From NCBI GenBank assembly GCA_050012255.1, contig JBEKHN010000001.1:192001-256000 (forward strand): 64,000 nt of DNA, given 5' to 3'. This stretch comes from Candidatus Bathyarchaeia archaeon. Its GTDB lineage: Archaea; Thermoproteota; Bathyarchaeia; Bathyarchaeales; Bathycorpusculaceae. The notes under the pieces are model-generated. The model searched no databases, was not told the origin of the DNA, and was given only the letters and a program-made list of their open reading frames with translations. The translations under genes and the position numbers were made by a program. Shown here piece after piece: positions 1-9,032 of the stretch (positions are counted from its first letter, which is position 1; the number at the start of each line of letters is the position of its first letter).

Positions 1-1271
1 GGTTCTGTCCCGCTTGGTCTGATCAGGATGGCTTGTCCGTCTTTGAACCAGATTTTGACGCCGTCGATGGTGTTTATGTTCAATCCTTTCACGTCCGAGA
101 TCAACTTTTCTAGAACCTTTTCCTTGAGCTCCTCTTTGCATTCGACCTTGTCTTTTTCAATGAAGTACTGTGGCAGTTCTCGGATTAGTTTTGAAAGCTT
201 CTCCCCAGTTCTGGCCATTATCTGTAATATCAGAGCGGTGGACATCGCCCCGTCTCGAACTGGCTGATGGGGTCCGTAGAAGATTCCTCCGTTTTCTTCT
301 CCGCCGAGCTTGGCCTTCAACTTCTTCATAGTTTGCGCAACTGTGACGCTTCCCACTTTGGTCCACACGATTTTTCCCTTGTAGGCGTCGGCTATGTCCT
401 TTATCAAGCTTGAAGAACTCACTGGAGTGACAATCTTTTCATTCGGGTTGTCTTTTAGAAAGTATTTTTCTACGAGAGCGAAGCTCTCATCGCCCATGTG
501 GATCTGTCCTTTTTCATCGACGAAAATGGACCGATCAGCGTCACCGTCGTATGCTACGCCCAAATCTGCGCGCATGGCTTTCACGGTCAATGCCAAGTCC
601 CTGAGGTTCTCAGGGCGGGGTTCAGGAGGCCTTCCAGGAAATGTTCCATCAATGTTTGCGTTTATGGTTGTAACCTTGCATTCTAGTTCGCGAAGCAATC
701 GGGGCGCAGCCAACGCGCCCACGCTGTTTGCTGCATCAACCACAACATGGAAGTGTTTCCTAGATATTGCTGCAGTGTCCACGTGCTTTTCTACAGCCTT
801 GACATAGTCGTCGATTACTCCTGGCAGGTCGCGCGTCTCTCCGACATCACTCCATTTCGAAAACCTCATCCTTTCGTTGAAGTATACGTCCTCGACTGCA
901 ATTTCCTGTTCGCGCGAAATCTCCACGCCATCATTCCAAACAACTTTTATCCCGTTGTATTCTGGCGGGTTGTGCGAAGCCGTTATTATTACTCCGCCTC
1001 CGAGCTTGTTGTACTTCACTGCGTACTGCAGCGCTGGAGTAGGTGCCATCCCCGCTAGAAGCACGTTGCATCCTGTTGCGTTCAACCCGGCTACAACAGC
1101 CTTTGCAAGCATCGGCCCGCTTGTCCTAGCATCATAGCCCACCAAAAGAGTTCCATTCTCAAAGAACGTACCTATTGCGCATCCAACTTTCACCGCCATT
1201 TCAGGTGTCAATTCTTCATTGACAAGCCCACGGATGCCGTTCGTGCCGAACAAGCGTCTCGCACTCAACAT
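1..1271 (-). CDS. Phosphoglucosamine mutase / phosphomannomutase (alpha-D-phosphohexomutase), runs off the window at its 3' end
   Basis: The minus strand from the ATG at 1271 reads MLSARRLFGTNGIRG. It also carries the TASHNP active-site Ser motif and the DGDADR metal-binding loop. It is absent from the ORF track because its stop lies outside the window. Confidence 0.9.
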   Translation of the reverse strand, partial: MLSARRLFGTNGIRGLVNEELTPEMAVKVGCAIGTFFENGTLLVGYDARTSGPMLAKAVVAGLNATGCNVLLAGMAPTPALQYAVKYNKLGGGVIITASHNPPEYNGIKVVWNDGVEISREQEIAVEDVYFNERMRFSKWSDVGETRDLPGVIDDYVKAVEKHVDTAAISRKHFHVVVDAANSVGALAAPRLLRELECKVTTINANIDGTFPGRPPEPRPENLRDLALTVKAMRADLGVAYDGDADRSIFVDEKGQIHMGDESFALVEKYFLKDNPNEKIVTPVSSSSLIKDIADAYKGKIVWTKVGSVTVAQTMKKLKAKLGGEENGGIFYGPHQPVRDGAMSTALILQIMARTGEKLSKLIRELPQYFIEKDKVECKEELKEKVLEKLISDVKGLNINTIDGVKIWFKDGQAILIRPSGTE

Positions 1272-1293
1272 GTTCAAACTTCCTCTATAGTCA

Positions 1294-2379
1294 TCAAGCA
1301 GAATTGGAAATCAACACGCTTTCACTGACTTCCGTTGCTGGGCAGATCGAAGTTCCCGGGGCTAGTGAAACGTCGTCTCTTATTTCAGCGTGATCGCCGA
1401 TTATGCAGCCTTTTGGAATGTAGGCACTTTTTCCAACATGAACGCCCTCGCCAATTATGGCGCCGTCTATTGTGGCAAAATCGGATATCACTGTTCCTGA
1501 CAGAACAATGGAGTCTTGAATGCGAACGTTCTTTCCAACTGCAACTTTGGGTCCTAGAACCGCGTATGGACCGATAACCGACTGTTTTCCTATCAAGACG
1601 TTCTTGCCGAAAGCCACAGCATCCTTGATTTCAACGTTGTCTCCGCCTTTCATTTTTCTTTGACCCCTAGTATGATTGAGCATGACCTTGTTCAGCTCCA
1701 GATAATCCTCTGGCTTGCCTATGTCCGCCCAAAAACCATCAAAAACGTAACCATAGAGCATTTTTTCTTGCGCAAGCCTAGGAAAAACCTCTCGTTCGAT
1801 CGACACCGCTCGCCCTTCCGGAATATAGTCGAAGATCTTCGGGCTGAAAACGTAGACTCCAGCATTGATTAAGGCGGGGGAAACGCTTCCTACAGGGGGC
1901 TTTTCAATGAATCTCGAAATGCGGTCGCCCTCTGACAGCTCTGCAACCCCATACCTACTTGGATCCTGCACTTTGTGAAGCGCTATGGTTGCCACACCTT
2001 TCTTCTTCTCGTGCAGACTCAGGATTTCTCTGTAGTTAACGTCGGCAAATATGTCCCCGTTAAGGACTATGAAGGGGGACTCGTGTCCAACCCGCTTTTC
2101 AGCCTTCTTAATTGAACCGCCAGTTCCGAGGGGCTTTCTCAGCGGATCGTGAGAATAGGTGACGTGCACCCCCGATCTTGGAACCCTGTGATGTTTTATG
2201 TAGACTTCGGTTTGATAGAAGACCGCAAGTGTTACATCTTTAACGTTGTTTAACGCGAGTCTTTCGAAAGTCCACTGGAGCAGTGGCTTGTTGAGTATTG
2301 GAAAAAGAATCTTCGGGCGTGTGCAGCTTAAAGGTCTGAGTCTTGTGCCGAAACCGCCAGCGAGGATCACTGCCTTCAA
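1294..2379 (-). CDS. NDP-sugar pyrophosphorylase (mannose-1-phosphate guanylyltransferase-like) with C-terminal left-handed beta-helix
   Basis: KAVILAGGFGTRLRPLS...PK motif, NGD, WADIG and hexapeptide repeats. Likely TTG start at 2379. Confidence 0.9.
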   Translation of the reverse strand: MKAVILAGGFGTRLRPLSCTRPKILFPILNKPLLQWTFERLALNNVKDVTLAVFYQTEVYIKHHRVPRSGVHVTYSHDPLRKPLGTGGSIKKAEKRVGHESPFIVLNGDIFADVNYREILSLHEKKKGVATIALHKVQDPSRYGVAELSEGDRISRFIEKPPVGSVSPALINAGVYVFSPKIFDYIPEGRAVSIEREVFPRLAQEKMLYGYVFDGFWADIGKPEDYLELNKVMLNHTRGQRKMKGGDNVEIKDAVAFGKNVLIGKQSVIGPYAVLGPKVAVGKNVRIQDSIVLSGTVISDFATIDGAIIGEGVHVGKSAYIPKGCIIGDHAEIRDDVSLAPGTSICPATEVSESVLISNSA

Positions 2380-2448
2380 ATCTTTTCCACCGCGTCCAGA
2401 GTGCAGACTTATATTCAGTCGGCTCGTAATAAAACCGTTTCGTGAAAG

Positions 2449-3216
2449 GTGAACGGCTTGAAAGTCTTGCTTCATGAGATGAGTTGGCAGGAAGCCAAGG
2501 AGTATTTTGCTAAGAGCGACATCGCCATCATCCCAGTGGGGTCAAACGAACAGCACGGGCCTCCTAACCCCTTAGGCACGGACCACCTGATTGCCAAAGG
2601 CATTGCTGAGGAAGTGGCCAAACGTACAGGGGTTATGTGCCTCCAAGTCATACCGTTCGGCGTGAGCTCTCATCACAAGCAGTTCTGGGGAACGATTTTT
2701 GTTTCTGCCAGAACCTTCAAGAAGTACGTTAAAGAAACTTGTCTGGCACTCCAATACTACGGAGTACGTAGAATAGTGATCGTCAACGGCCACGGAGGCA
2801 ACCTGGCTGCGCTCACCGAGTTGGCGAGAGAGCTGAGAGAAGACGGAGTCTTCGTGTCTATCTTTCAATGGTGGACGGCCACGGGCAAACTTCTGCCCAG
2901 ACTTTTCGGGAACGACGAGAGAAGGCACGCGGCTGCTGAGGAGACCTCGTTGAACCTTGCCATGCACCCCCATTTGGTCAACGTGAGCAGAGCGGTGGAT
3001 GAAGAACCAGGCAAGCACAAGCTTGAGGCCGCTGGCATAACGCTTCCCCTAGGGACAGTGGATGAAACGAGTTCGGGCGCTTTTGGTAAGACATCAACAG
3101 CCTCTGTCGCGAAGGGGAGAAAGGACTTTGAAGCAGTTGTCAAAGAGCTTGCTAGACACGTTGAACTGTTGAAAGGAACGAAGATGAAAGATTTGCTTGA
3201 GAAACCTAAAGTGTGA
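2449..3216 (+). CDS. Creatininase / creatinine amidohydrolase family protein
   Basis: PVGSNEQHG..PLGTD, NGHGGN and HAAAEETS motifs. Confidence 0.9.
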   Translation: MNGLKVLLHEMSWQEAKEYFAKSDIAIIPVGSNEQHGPPNPLGTDHLIAKGIAEEVAKRTGVMCLQVIPFGVSSHHKQFWGTIFVSARTFKKYVKETCLALQYYGVRRIVIVNGHGGNLAALTELARELREDGVFVSIFQWWTATGKLLPRLFGNDERRHAAAEETSLNLAMHPHLVNVSRAVDEEPGKHKLEAAGITLPLGTVDETSSGAFGKTSTASVAKGRKDFEAVVKELARHVELLKGTKMKDLLEKPKV

Positions 3217-3397
3217 GCATTAACTTGAAGTGATGCCTGGATCGATTAGGCTTAGCACGTGCCATTGGGCCTCCTTGTGAAGCTTATTGAAGAATCGAAG
3301 CCGTCTGTACAAAGATGCGCTTCATTACTGATTTGGGAGGCAAATGTTAAGTGTTTCTTGCAGCAATTGGATAAGTGCACATTGACCGTGATGAAAT

Positions 3398-3841
3398 ATG
3401 CAGTTGGACGAGACAGATGTCAAAATTCTAAGGGCGTTGACCCTGGACTCGAGGCTTTCCTCAAGGCAGATAGCCAAGCAATGTGGCATTTCGGTGGGCA
3501 CAGTGCTGTCAAGAATAAGGAAGATGGAAGACGAAGGCATAATAAAGGGATACGCAGCGCTTCTCGACCAAGAAAAACTCGGCTACGAGCTGACGGTTGT
3601 GACAGAAATAACCGTTTCCAAGGGAAGACTCCTAGAGATGGAAAACGAGATCGCACGCATCCCTAACGTGTGCTGCGTTTACGACCTGACCGGCTTGTCA
3701 GACGCCGCGATAATCGCAAAATTCAAGAACCGCGAAGACCTCAGCAAGTTCACAAAACGTCTCTTGTCACTACCTTACGTGGAACGAACGAACACGCATG
3801 TCGTGTTAACCACGATTAAAGAAGATTTTCGCATAATCTGA
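3398..3841 (+). CDS. Lrp/AsnC family transcriptional regulator
   Basis: LDETDVKILRAL..DSRLS HTH, RIRKMEDEGIIKGY, C-terminal RAM domain. Confidence 0.93.
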   Translation: MQLDETDVKILRALTLDSRLSSRQIAKQCGISVGTVLSRIRKMEDEGIIKGYAALLDQEKLGYELTVVTEITVSKGRLLEMENEIARIPNVCCVYDLTGLSDAAIIAKFKNREDLSKFTKRLLSLPYVERTNTHVVLTTIKEDFRII

Positions 3842-3941
3842 AGAGCTAAACGCTCAACTATCCCTTCTTATTGCCCAACGTACAATGGGCAAGATTTAAT
3901 TTAGACCAAAGGTTACGAGATAGAGCGACTACTTCATCAGG

Positions 3942-4029
3942 GCGGGGGTTGCCAAGCATGGCTAAAGGCGTAGGCCTGAGGCGCCTATCCCGCAGGGGTT
4001 CGTGGGTTCAAATCCCACCCCCCGCACCA
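3942..4029 (+). tRNA. tRNA-Leu(GAG), intronless, CCA encoded
   Basis: GCGGGGG acceptor stem pairs with CCCCCGC-ACCA. Anticodon arm TAGGC-CTGAGGC-GCCTA, long variable arm, GGTTCAAATCC T-loop. Confidence 0.95.
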
Positions 4030-4162
4030 CAATTTCCGCCATTTTGAGCTTATTTCAGCTGAACAAGCTCAATTTATAACGTTGCAGGTGCCCCCGCGGG
4101 GTGTCTTTCGAATCTCTTCATTGACGATTCTTGAAATGACCAACGAATACTAGTTTCTGATG

Positions 4163-5257
4163 CTAGTCTTCTCTCCACTTGAATATTCTCGCTGCAGCTG
4201 CGAAGGCGACGATCGTGATTATCGAGACTACTATCAGGTCTATCGTTGCCTGTGCATAGTTGTTGTATATCATAACCCCGTTGAGTCCGTCGATGATATA
4301 GAAGAGGGGCAGGACATGTGCCAAGTATTGCAGATACGTGGGCATGAGCGAGATTGGGAAAAACGTGCCTGAGAGAAACATCATTGGGAAGGTTACGATG
4401 TTTCCGACGACGCTGGCTGTTTCGGTGCTCTTTGAGATGGTTCCCACCAGCATGCCCAGCGAAGCGAAGAACATCGGTCCAAGTATCAGGAACGGTATGA
4501 GCCACAGTGAGAGCGCAACATGTGCGCCGAAGGCGATGACCCCAACGGCAACCATCAATAGAAATGACGCCACTGACAGGAGAATATAGAAGAGTACTTT
4601 GGAGGCTAGCCACTCGATCTTGGTGAGAGGAGTCAAAGATAACTGTTTGAAAAGCTTTGTTCTCTTGTACTCGGAGGATATGTTCACTAGGGAAAACATC
4701 GGACTGATGAGTATTGAAAAGCCGATCAGGCCCGGAACGAGGAAATCGATGTATTTGGTCACCTGAGAATTGGCTGTAGTCTGAGTTATACCGATGATCG
4801 GTGAACCCCCCGCGCGCGCTAGGTTAAACCCGTTTACCACTCCGTTTACGGTTCCGCTCACGATGGCGCTGGAGCTTTGAGAAGGATTGCCATAGAGTGT
4901 CACGTTGACAGGCTTGCCGGTTGCGTAATTGGCCGAGAAATCTGGTGGAATGATTATCCCGTCGGACGCGGAATGAGCTGAGAGGTATTGAGAGAAGTCT
5001 TCAGAATTATTCACCAATACCAGGCTAACTGTGCCTGTCTTGGTAAGGTTGCCCAGGAAAAAGTTGGAGATTGGACCTGTGTCTTGGTTTTGAACGTAGA
5101 CCGTTATCGTCCCGGAAAAGCCTGACGAGAAAATAGCACCGAAAATAAGTATAAGAATCACTGGGAAAATCAGACCGAAGAACAATCCTGCCGCATTTCT
5201 CAGATATCCCCGGCCGAACAGGCGAAGGTCAGAAACGATTCTTCTTGCACTGGCCAT
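4163..5257 (-). CDS. ABC-2 type exporter permease
   Basis: N-terminal TM, extracellular loop, YIDFLVPGLIG, FLSGTFFP, multiple TMs. Confidence 0.9.
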   Translation of the reverse strand: MASARRIVSDLRLFGRGYLRNAAGLFFGLIFPVILILIFGAIFSSGFSGTITVYVQNQDTGPISNFFLGNLTKTGTVSLVLVNNSEDFSQYLSAHSASDGIIIPPDFSANYATGKPVNVTLYGNPSQSSSAIVSGTVNGVVNGFNLARAGGSPIIGITQTTANSQVTKYIDFLVPGLIGFSILISPMFSLVNISSEYKRTKLFKQLSLTPLTKIEWLASKVLFYILLSVASFLLMVAVGVIAFGAHVALSLWLIPFLILGPMFFASLGMLVGTISKSTETASVVGNIVTFPMMFLSGTFFPISLMPTYLQYLAHVLPLFYIIDGLNGVMIYNNYAQATIDLIVVSIITIVAFAAAARIFKWRED

Positions 5258-5262
5258 TCGTC

Positions 5263-6228
5263 CTAGCGCCTCCCCTGATCACGCGAATTTTCACCGGCAT
5301 TCTCAACTCTGATCTCGCCCTTCTCATCGATCCTTCCGCTTACAAGTTTGACAAACACGTCGTCCAAACTGTCACGGCGCGTGTGAAGGTCGCGCCATTC
5401 GAGTCCTGACCGCTCAACAGCTGTCAAGGCCGCTAGCGCATCATGCTTCTGACTGATCGGTATGCTGACCAAACCCTTGCCGTTGTACTCAGCCTTCAGC
5501 TTCGTGTTCGCCCTGACGTAGGCGGCCAACTCCTCTGTTCCATGGATTTCCAACCTTTCCCCCGAACCATGAGTTTCAATGATATCTTCAGAAGTTCCTA
5601 TAGCCACTATGCGCCCATGATCCATGATGGCAACCCTGTCGGAAAGCTGCTCAGCCTCATCGAGATAATGAGTAGTCAGAATCACCGTTCTGCCCTTACT
5701 CCTCAACCCTCTTATCACGTCCCAAATCGCTCTTCTCGCGTTCGGATCAAGCCCCGTGGTCGGTTCATCAAGGAAAAGAAGCTCAGCAGAATTCACGAGT
5801 GCGAGCGCAAGACCCAGCTTCTGCTTCTGCCCTCCTGAAAGATTTTCAAAAAGGGAATGTGCTGAATCGTCCAGTAAAACTTCTTTCAAAATCACATCTG
5901 GGTCGACGCTGACACCGAAAAGATCCGCGTAGTATTTCACCGCCTCTCTAGGGTTTGCTTTGTCAAAGAACGTAAAGTCTTGCGGTATCACTCCAATTCT
6001 CCTGTGAAGCGCGTAGCTGTTTCCCCACGGATCGAGACCGAGCACCTTCATCGTACCGTCGTCTCGTTTCCGCAGACCCTCCAAAATCTCTATCAGCGTT
6101 GTCTTACCAGCGCCGTTTGGGCCGAGAAGAGCGAAAACTTCGCCTTCGTTAACCGAAAAGGAAACTCCATCAACCGCCTTCACGTTGCCATACGATTTTT
6201 TCAGAGAAGAGATTTCAACCGGAATCAT
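5263..6228 (-). CDS. ABC transporter ATP-binding protein
   Basis: GPNGAGKTT Walker A, LSGGQKQ signature, LFLDEPTTGLD. Confidence 0.95.
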   Translation of the reverse strand: MIPVEISSLKKSYGNVKAVDGVSFSVNEGEVFALLGPNGAGKTTLIEILEGLRKRDDGTMKVLGLDPWGNSYALHRRIGVIPQDFTFFDKANPREAVKYYADLFGVSVDPDVILKEVLLDDSAHSLFENLSGGQKQKLGLALALVNSAELLFLDEPTTGLDPNARRAIWDVIRGLRSKGRTVILTTHYLDEAEQLSDRVAIMDHGRIVAIGTSEDIIETHGSGERLEIHGTEELAAYVRANTKLKAEYNGKGLVSIPISQKHDALAALTAVERSGLEWRDLHTRRDSLDDVFVKLVSGRIDEKGEIRVENAGENSRDQGRR

Positions 6229-6370
6229 TCGAAGTACAACCTCACTCAGCCATCCCCTTCACAGAATCTTTCGGAACTAGCATGGCCCATTGTGCGCAAC
6301 TGTTCTGCGTCAGGTTGTGTATTGTTGGAGATATAGTTTTTGGATGGCGGTTGTCAGTTTGTGACTATGT

Positions 6371-7240
6371 TTAGCTTCGATAGAAGTTTCTTGACGGTTT
6401 TACTGCTCTGCCGGTTTTGATGAAGGTGCCTTGATCAAGCTCTTGGAAGGCTTTTGCCAACTCCTCCTGAGTGTTCATAACGATAGGTCCCCCCCAAGCT
6501 ACAGGTTCTTTTAACGGCTTTCCTGATACAAACAAGAAGCGGATGCCACCTTCTGTTGTTATTCTGACGCTGTCGCCCTCACTGAACAAGGCACATTTTT
6601 GGGATTCGATCAGTTTGTCATCGAAATAGCCTGAACCCTTAATTACGTAGGCAAACACGTTGCTGTCCCTTTCCGTTGAGTGTTCGAACGTTTTGGAAGC
6701 AGCTAATTCCACATCGAAATAATCAACATCAACCACAAGATCTTGAACTGGCCCTTTAGTCCCATCGATTGTCCCCGCTATTACCTTGATCTCAGCTCCC
6801 TCTTTTTCCAGCACTGGAATTTGGTTTCCAGTGATTCCGCGGTATCTCGGGTCAATCATCTTTTTCTTTGCGGGCAGATTCACCCAAAGTTGGAATCCCT
6901 GCATCAAGCCCTCATATCTTCTAGGCATTTCCTGATGGATTATCCCTGACCCGGCAGTCATCCATTGAACGTCACCTGTTCTAATCAACCCACTGTTACC
7001 TATGCTGTCACCATGCTCAACTTGTCCACTCAGCATATAAGTGACAGTTTCAATCCCCCTATGAGGGTGCCATGGAAATCCCCTGATGTAGTCCTCAGGG
7101 TTTTCTGAACCAAAATTGTCCAGAAGCAAGAAGGGGTCAAACAGTGGAACCTCATTATAGCCAAAAACTCGCTTGAGTCTGACACCTGCGCCCTCTATCG
7201 TTGCCTTACTCTTCAGAATCTGCTTTACATTTCTTTTCAC
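6371..7240 (-). CDS. Pirin family protein
   Basis: DPFLLLD, GFPWHPHRGIETVTY, WMTAGSGIIHQE, QLWVNLP, GPIVMNT. Confidence 0.95.
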   Translation of the reverse strand: MKRNVKQILKSKATIEGAGVRLKRVFGYNEVPLFDPFLLLDNFGSENPEDYIRGFPWHPHRGIETVTYMLSGQVEHGDSIGNSGLIRTGDVQWMTAGSGIIHQEMPRRYEGLMQGFQLWVNLPAKKKMIDPRYRGITGNQIPVLEKEGAEIKVIAGTIDGTKGPVQDLVVDVDYFDVELAASKTFEHSTERDSNVFAYVIKGSGYFDDKLIESQKCALFSEGDSVRITTEGGIRFLFVSGKPLKEPVAWGGPIVMNTQEELAKAFQELDQGTFIKTGRAVKPSRNFYRS

Positions 7241-7474
7241 CGTTTCACCACACAGCTATCCACTCTATTTCTCGCCTGACTCTTAGAGTTAATGCTTCGA
7301 TCCAATCCACTTCTCACAACCTAATAGGAAGAGGCGGTTCCTGCAGGAAGTGCAGATATCACAATTGTGCGCCAGTAATCTCCAATGTTGAGCCACCGAT
7401 GGAAATGTCCAATACGCACGATAGTTCAACAGCATAAACTAGACCGCACACACGGGCAGAGTCAGCTTCGGCAG

Positions 7475-7674
7475 CCAGAGAAATCACGAATGCTAAACAG
7501 AGGATTAAGGTGAGTAAGAATGGTTCTTATCTTGTTTCTGGCGGAATTCCCATGGTCGAACAGATAATCCGTACCGACGCCGAAGGAACTCCCATTGAGT
7601 GGCGTGCTGGAAAGAGATACCCATTACAGGAAAAACCATTACAGGAAAAATGGCCTTTGCCGTTGTGGGCGATA
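7475..7674 (+). pseudogene. CDGSH iron-sulfur domain protein remnant
   Basis: Reads AKQRIKVSKNGSYLVSGGIP...YPLQEK and then, in a shifted frame, GLCRCGR. It stops at the (GC)5 run at 7675, before the expected KPFCDG. It contains a 15-bp tandem duplication. Confidence 0.7.
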
Positions 7675-7989
7675 GCGCGCGCGCCAGCGCGTTCCTAAAT
7701 TCTTTCGGGAAGCAGCTTGCGCTACTCATTCTGCTCTTCAACCATATTTGGCTCCAAATATGCATGATACATTGAAACCGAGGAGGGGTACCAAAGGCCG
7801 CCCCACGTTCATGCGCATGAAAAGAAGACTCTGCTGCATCGCGGACAAATACAACGTTGGGTCACATAACATACCCGGGGGGGTGTGAGAGCAAGCAAGC
7901 ACCCAGCCAAACCGTGACGGTAACTATCGAGAAACGTCATGCCTTCCTCTTGAGCGGAATCTAGGAATTCAGGAACAAGCATAGGCGCT
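7675..7989 (+). mobile_element. MITE-like non-autonomous element, copy A (long form)
   Basis: Aligns by eye with the reverse complement of 58245-58450. Imperfect terminal inverted repeats (GCGC..GC..GTTCCTAAATTC / GAATTCAGGAACAAGCATAGGCGC). No coding capacity. Confidence 0.7.
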
Positions 7990-8058
7990 TTCCGAAAATG
8001 CTTTAGCGCCCTGAGAAAGCTATTTTTCGCTGTCTCCGCATTGTTATCGTGTCAGCTT

Positions 8059-8355
8059 ATGTCAGAAGCGATCACTGGATTGGCAGCAAGATTCTATGCG
8101 TTTGCATCGAAGAGAATTTCTTTGATCAAAGACTTTCATGACACTGTGGCAGACGAGATTCTTGGACGAATTTCGTCAGGAACAGTACTGGACATCGGAA
8201 CAGGCCCAGGAGATCTTTTAGAGAAGGTTGCTTCACTTAATCGGAACCTGGGCGTTCGGCAGAAGAAAATAGTCTTCACATGGTTTTTCAAAGAGGAAGA
8301 TACCCCAATAGATAAACGAAAACGCTTAAGGCTCAAATCAGCTATTTTGCCATGA
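8059..8355 (+). pseudogene. Truncated class I SAM-dependent methyltransferase
   Basis: VLDIGTGPG motif I is present, but similarity is lost after about 8250 and the ORF is too short for a full fold. Confidence 0.7.
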
Positions 8356-8364
8356 GCCATTCAC

Positions 8365-9009
8365 ATGAACCGAGCCCGCTTAAGAAATCCTTACGCCTTA
8401 ACAGCAGTCTACCTAGTCTTGGTATTTCTAATAGGCATATTAGTTGTCTTATTGCCACTCAATGGAATGGAATGCAATATTGTCTTTAACGTACAGAATT
8501 TTGTTCAAAAGACCATAGGATTACAAGCCTTCCAAGTCTTGACATACTTAGGTGACTTCTACTTATGGGTCATTTTTGCTTCTGTCTACTTTTTTTACGC
8601 CTACTTCAAGTCAAGAAAGCATTTTGGTTCCGCAAGTGAACTTGCGATCTTCTTAGTCATAACGACCGGGCTCACCTATTTCATAAAGATGGTTTTTGTC
8701 CGTCCGAGACCCAACTGTTCCAGCATCAGCGTCTATGACGAGGACCTTATTTCTTCGTTTTCATACCCTTCTGGCCATGTTTCCAGAGCCGTCGGCGCAT
8801 TCATAATTCTGTCGAGAGGAAGCGGAACCAGACAATCACTGGCAGCGGTAGCTATATTCTTAGTTTCTTTCAGCAGAATCGTTCTCGGGGCACACTATTT
8901 GACAGATGTTGTCGGCGGAATATTTCTCTCACTTGCAGCACAAGGACTTGCCAACCTTAGCCTGTCGTTTCTGGCACGCTCGAGTGCGAATCGGCGCAGC
9001 TCTATTTAG
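8365..9009 (+). CDS. PAP2 family membrane phosphatase
   Basis: K...RPRP, SYPSGH and SRIVLGAHYLTDV motifs. Confidence 0.92.
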   Translation: MNRARLRNPYALTAVYLVLVFLIGILVVLLPLNGMECNIVFNVQNFVQKTIGLQAFQVLTYLGDFYLWVIFASVYFFYAYFKSRKHFGSASELAIFLVITTGLTYFIKMVFVRPRPNCSSISVYDEDLISSFSYPSGHVSRAVGAFIILSRGSGTRQSLAAVAIFLVSFSRIVLGAHYLTDVVGGIFLSLAAQGLANLSLSFLARSSANRRSSI

Positions 9010-9032
9010 ATAAGAGTCGTACAAAAAAGGAA

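Noticed and set aside
8230-8270. Methyltransferase truncation as another (GC)n junction
   Set aside because: The apparent breakpoint reads CTGGGCGTTCGG, with no alternating run. It is a counter-example showing that not every truncation carries the scar.
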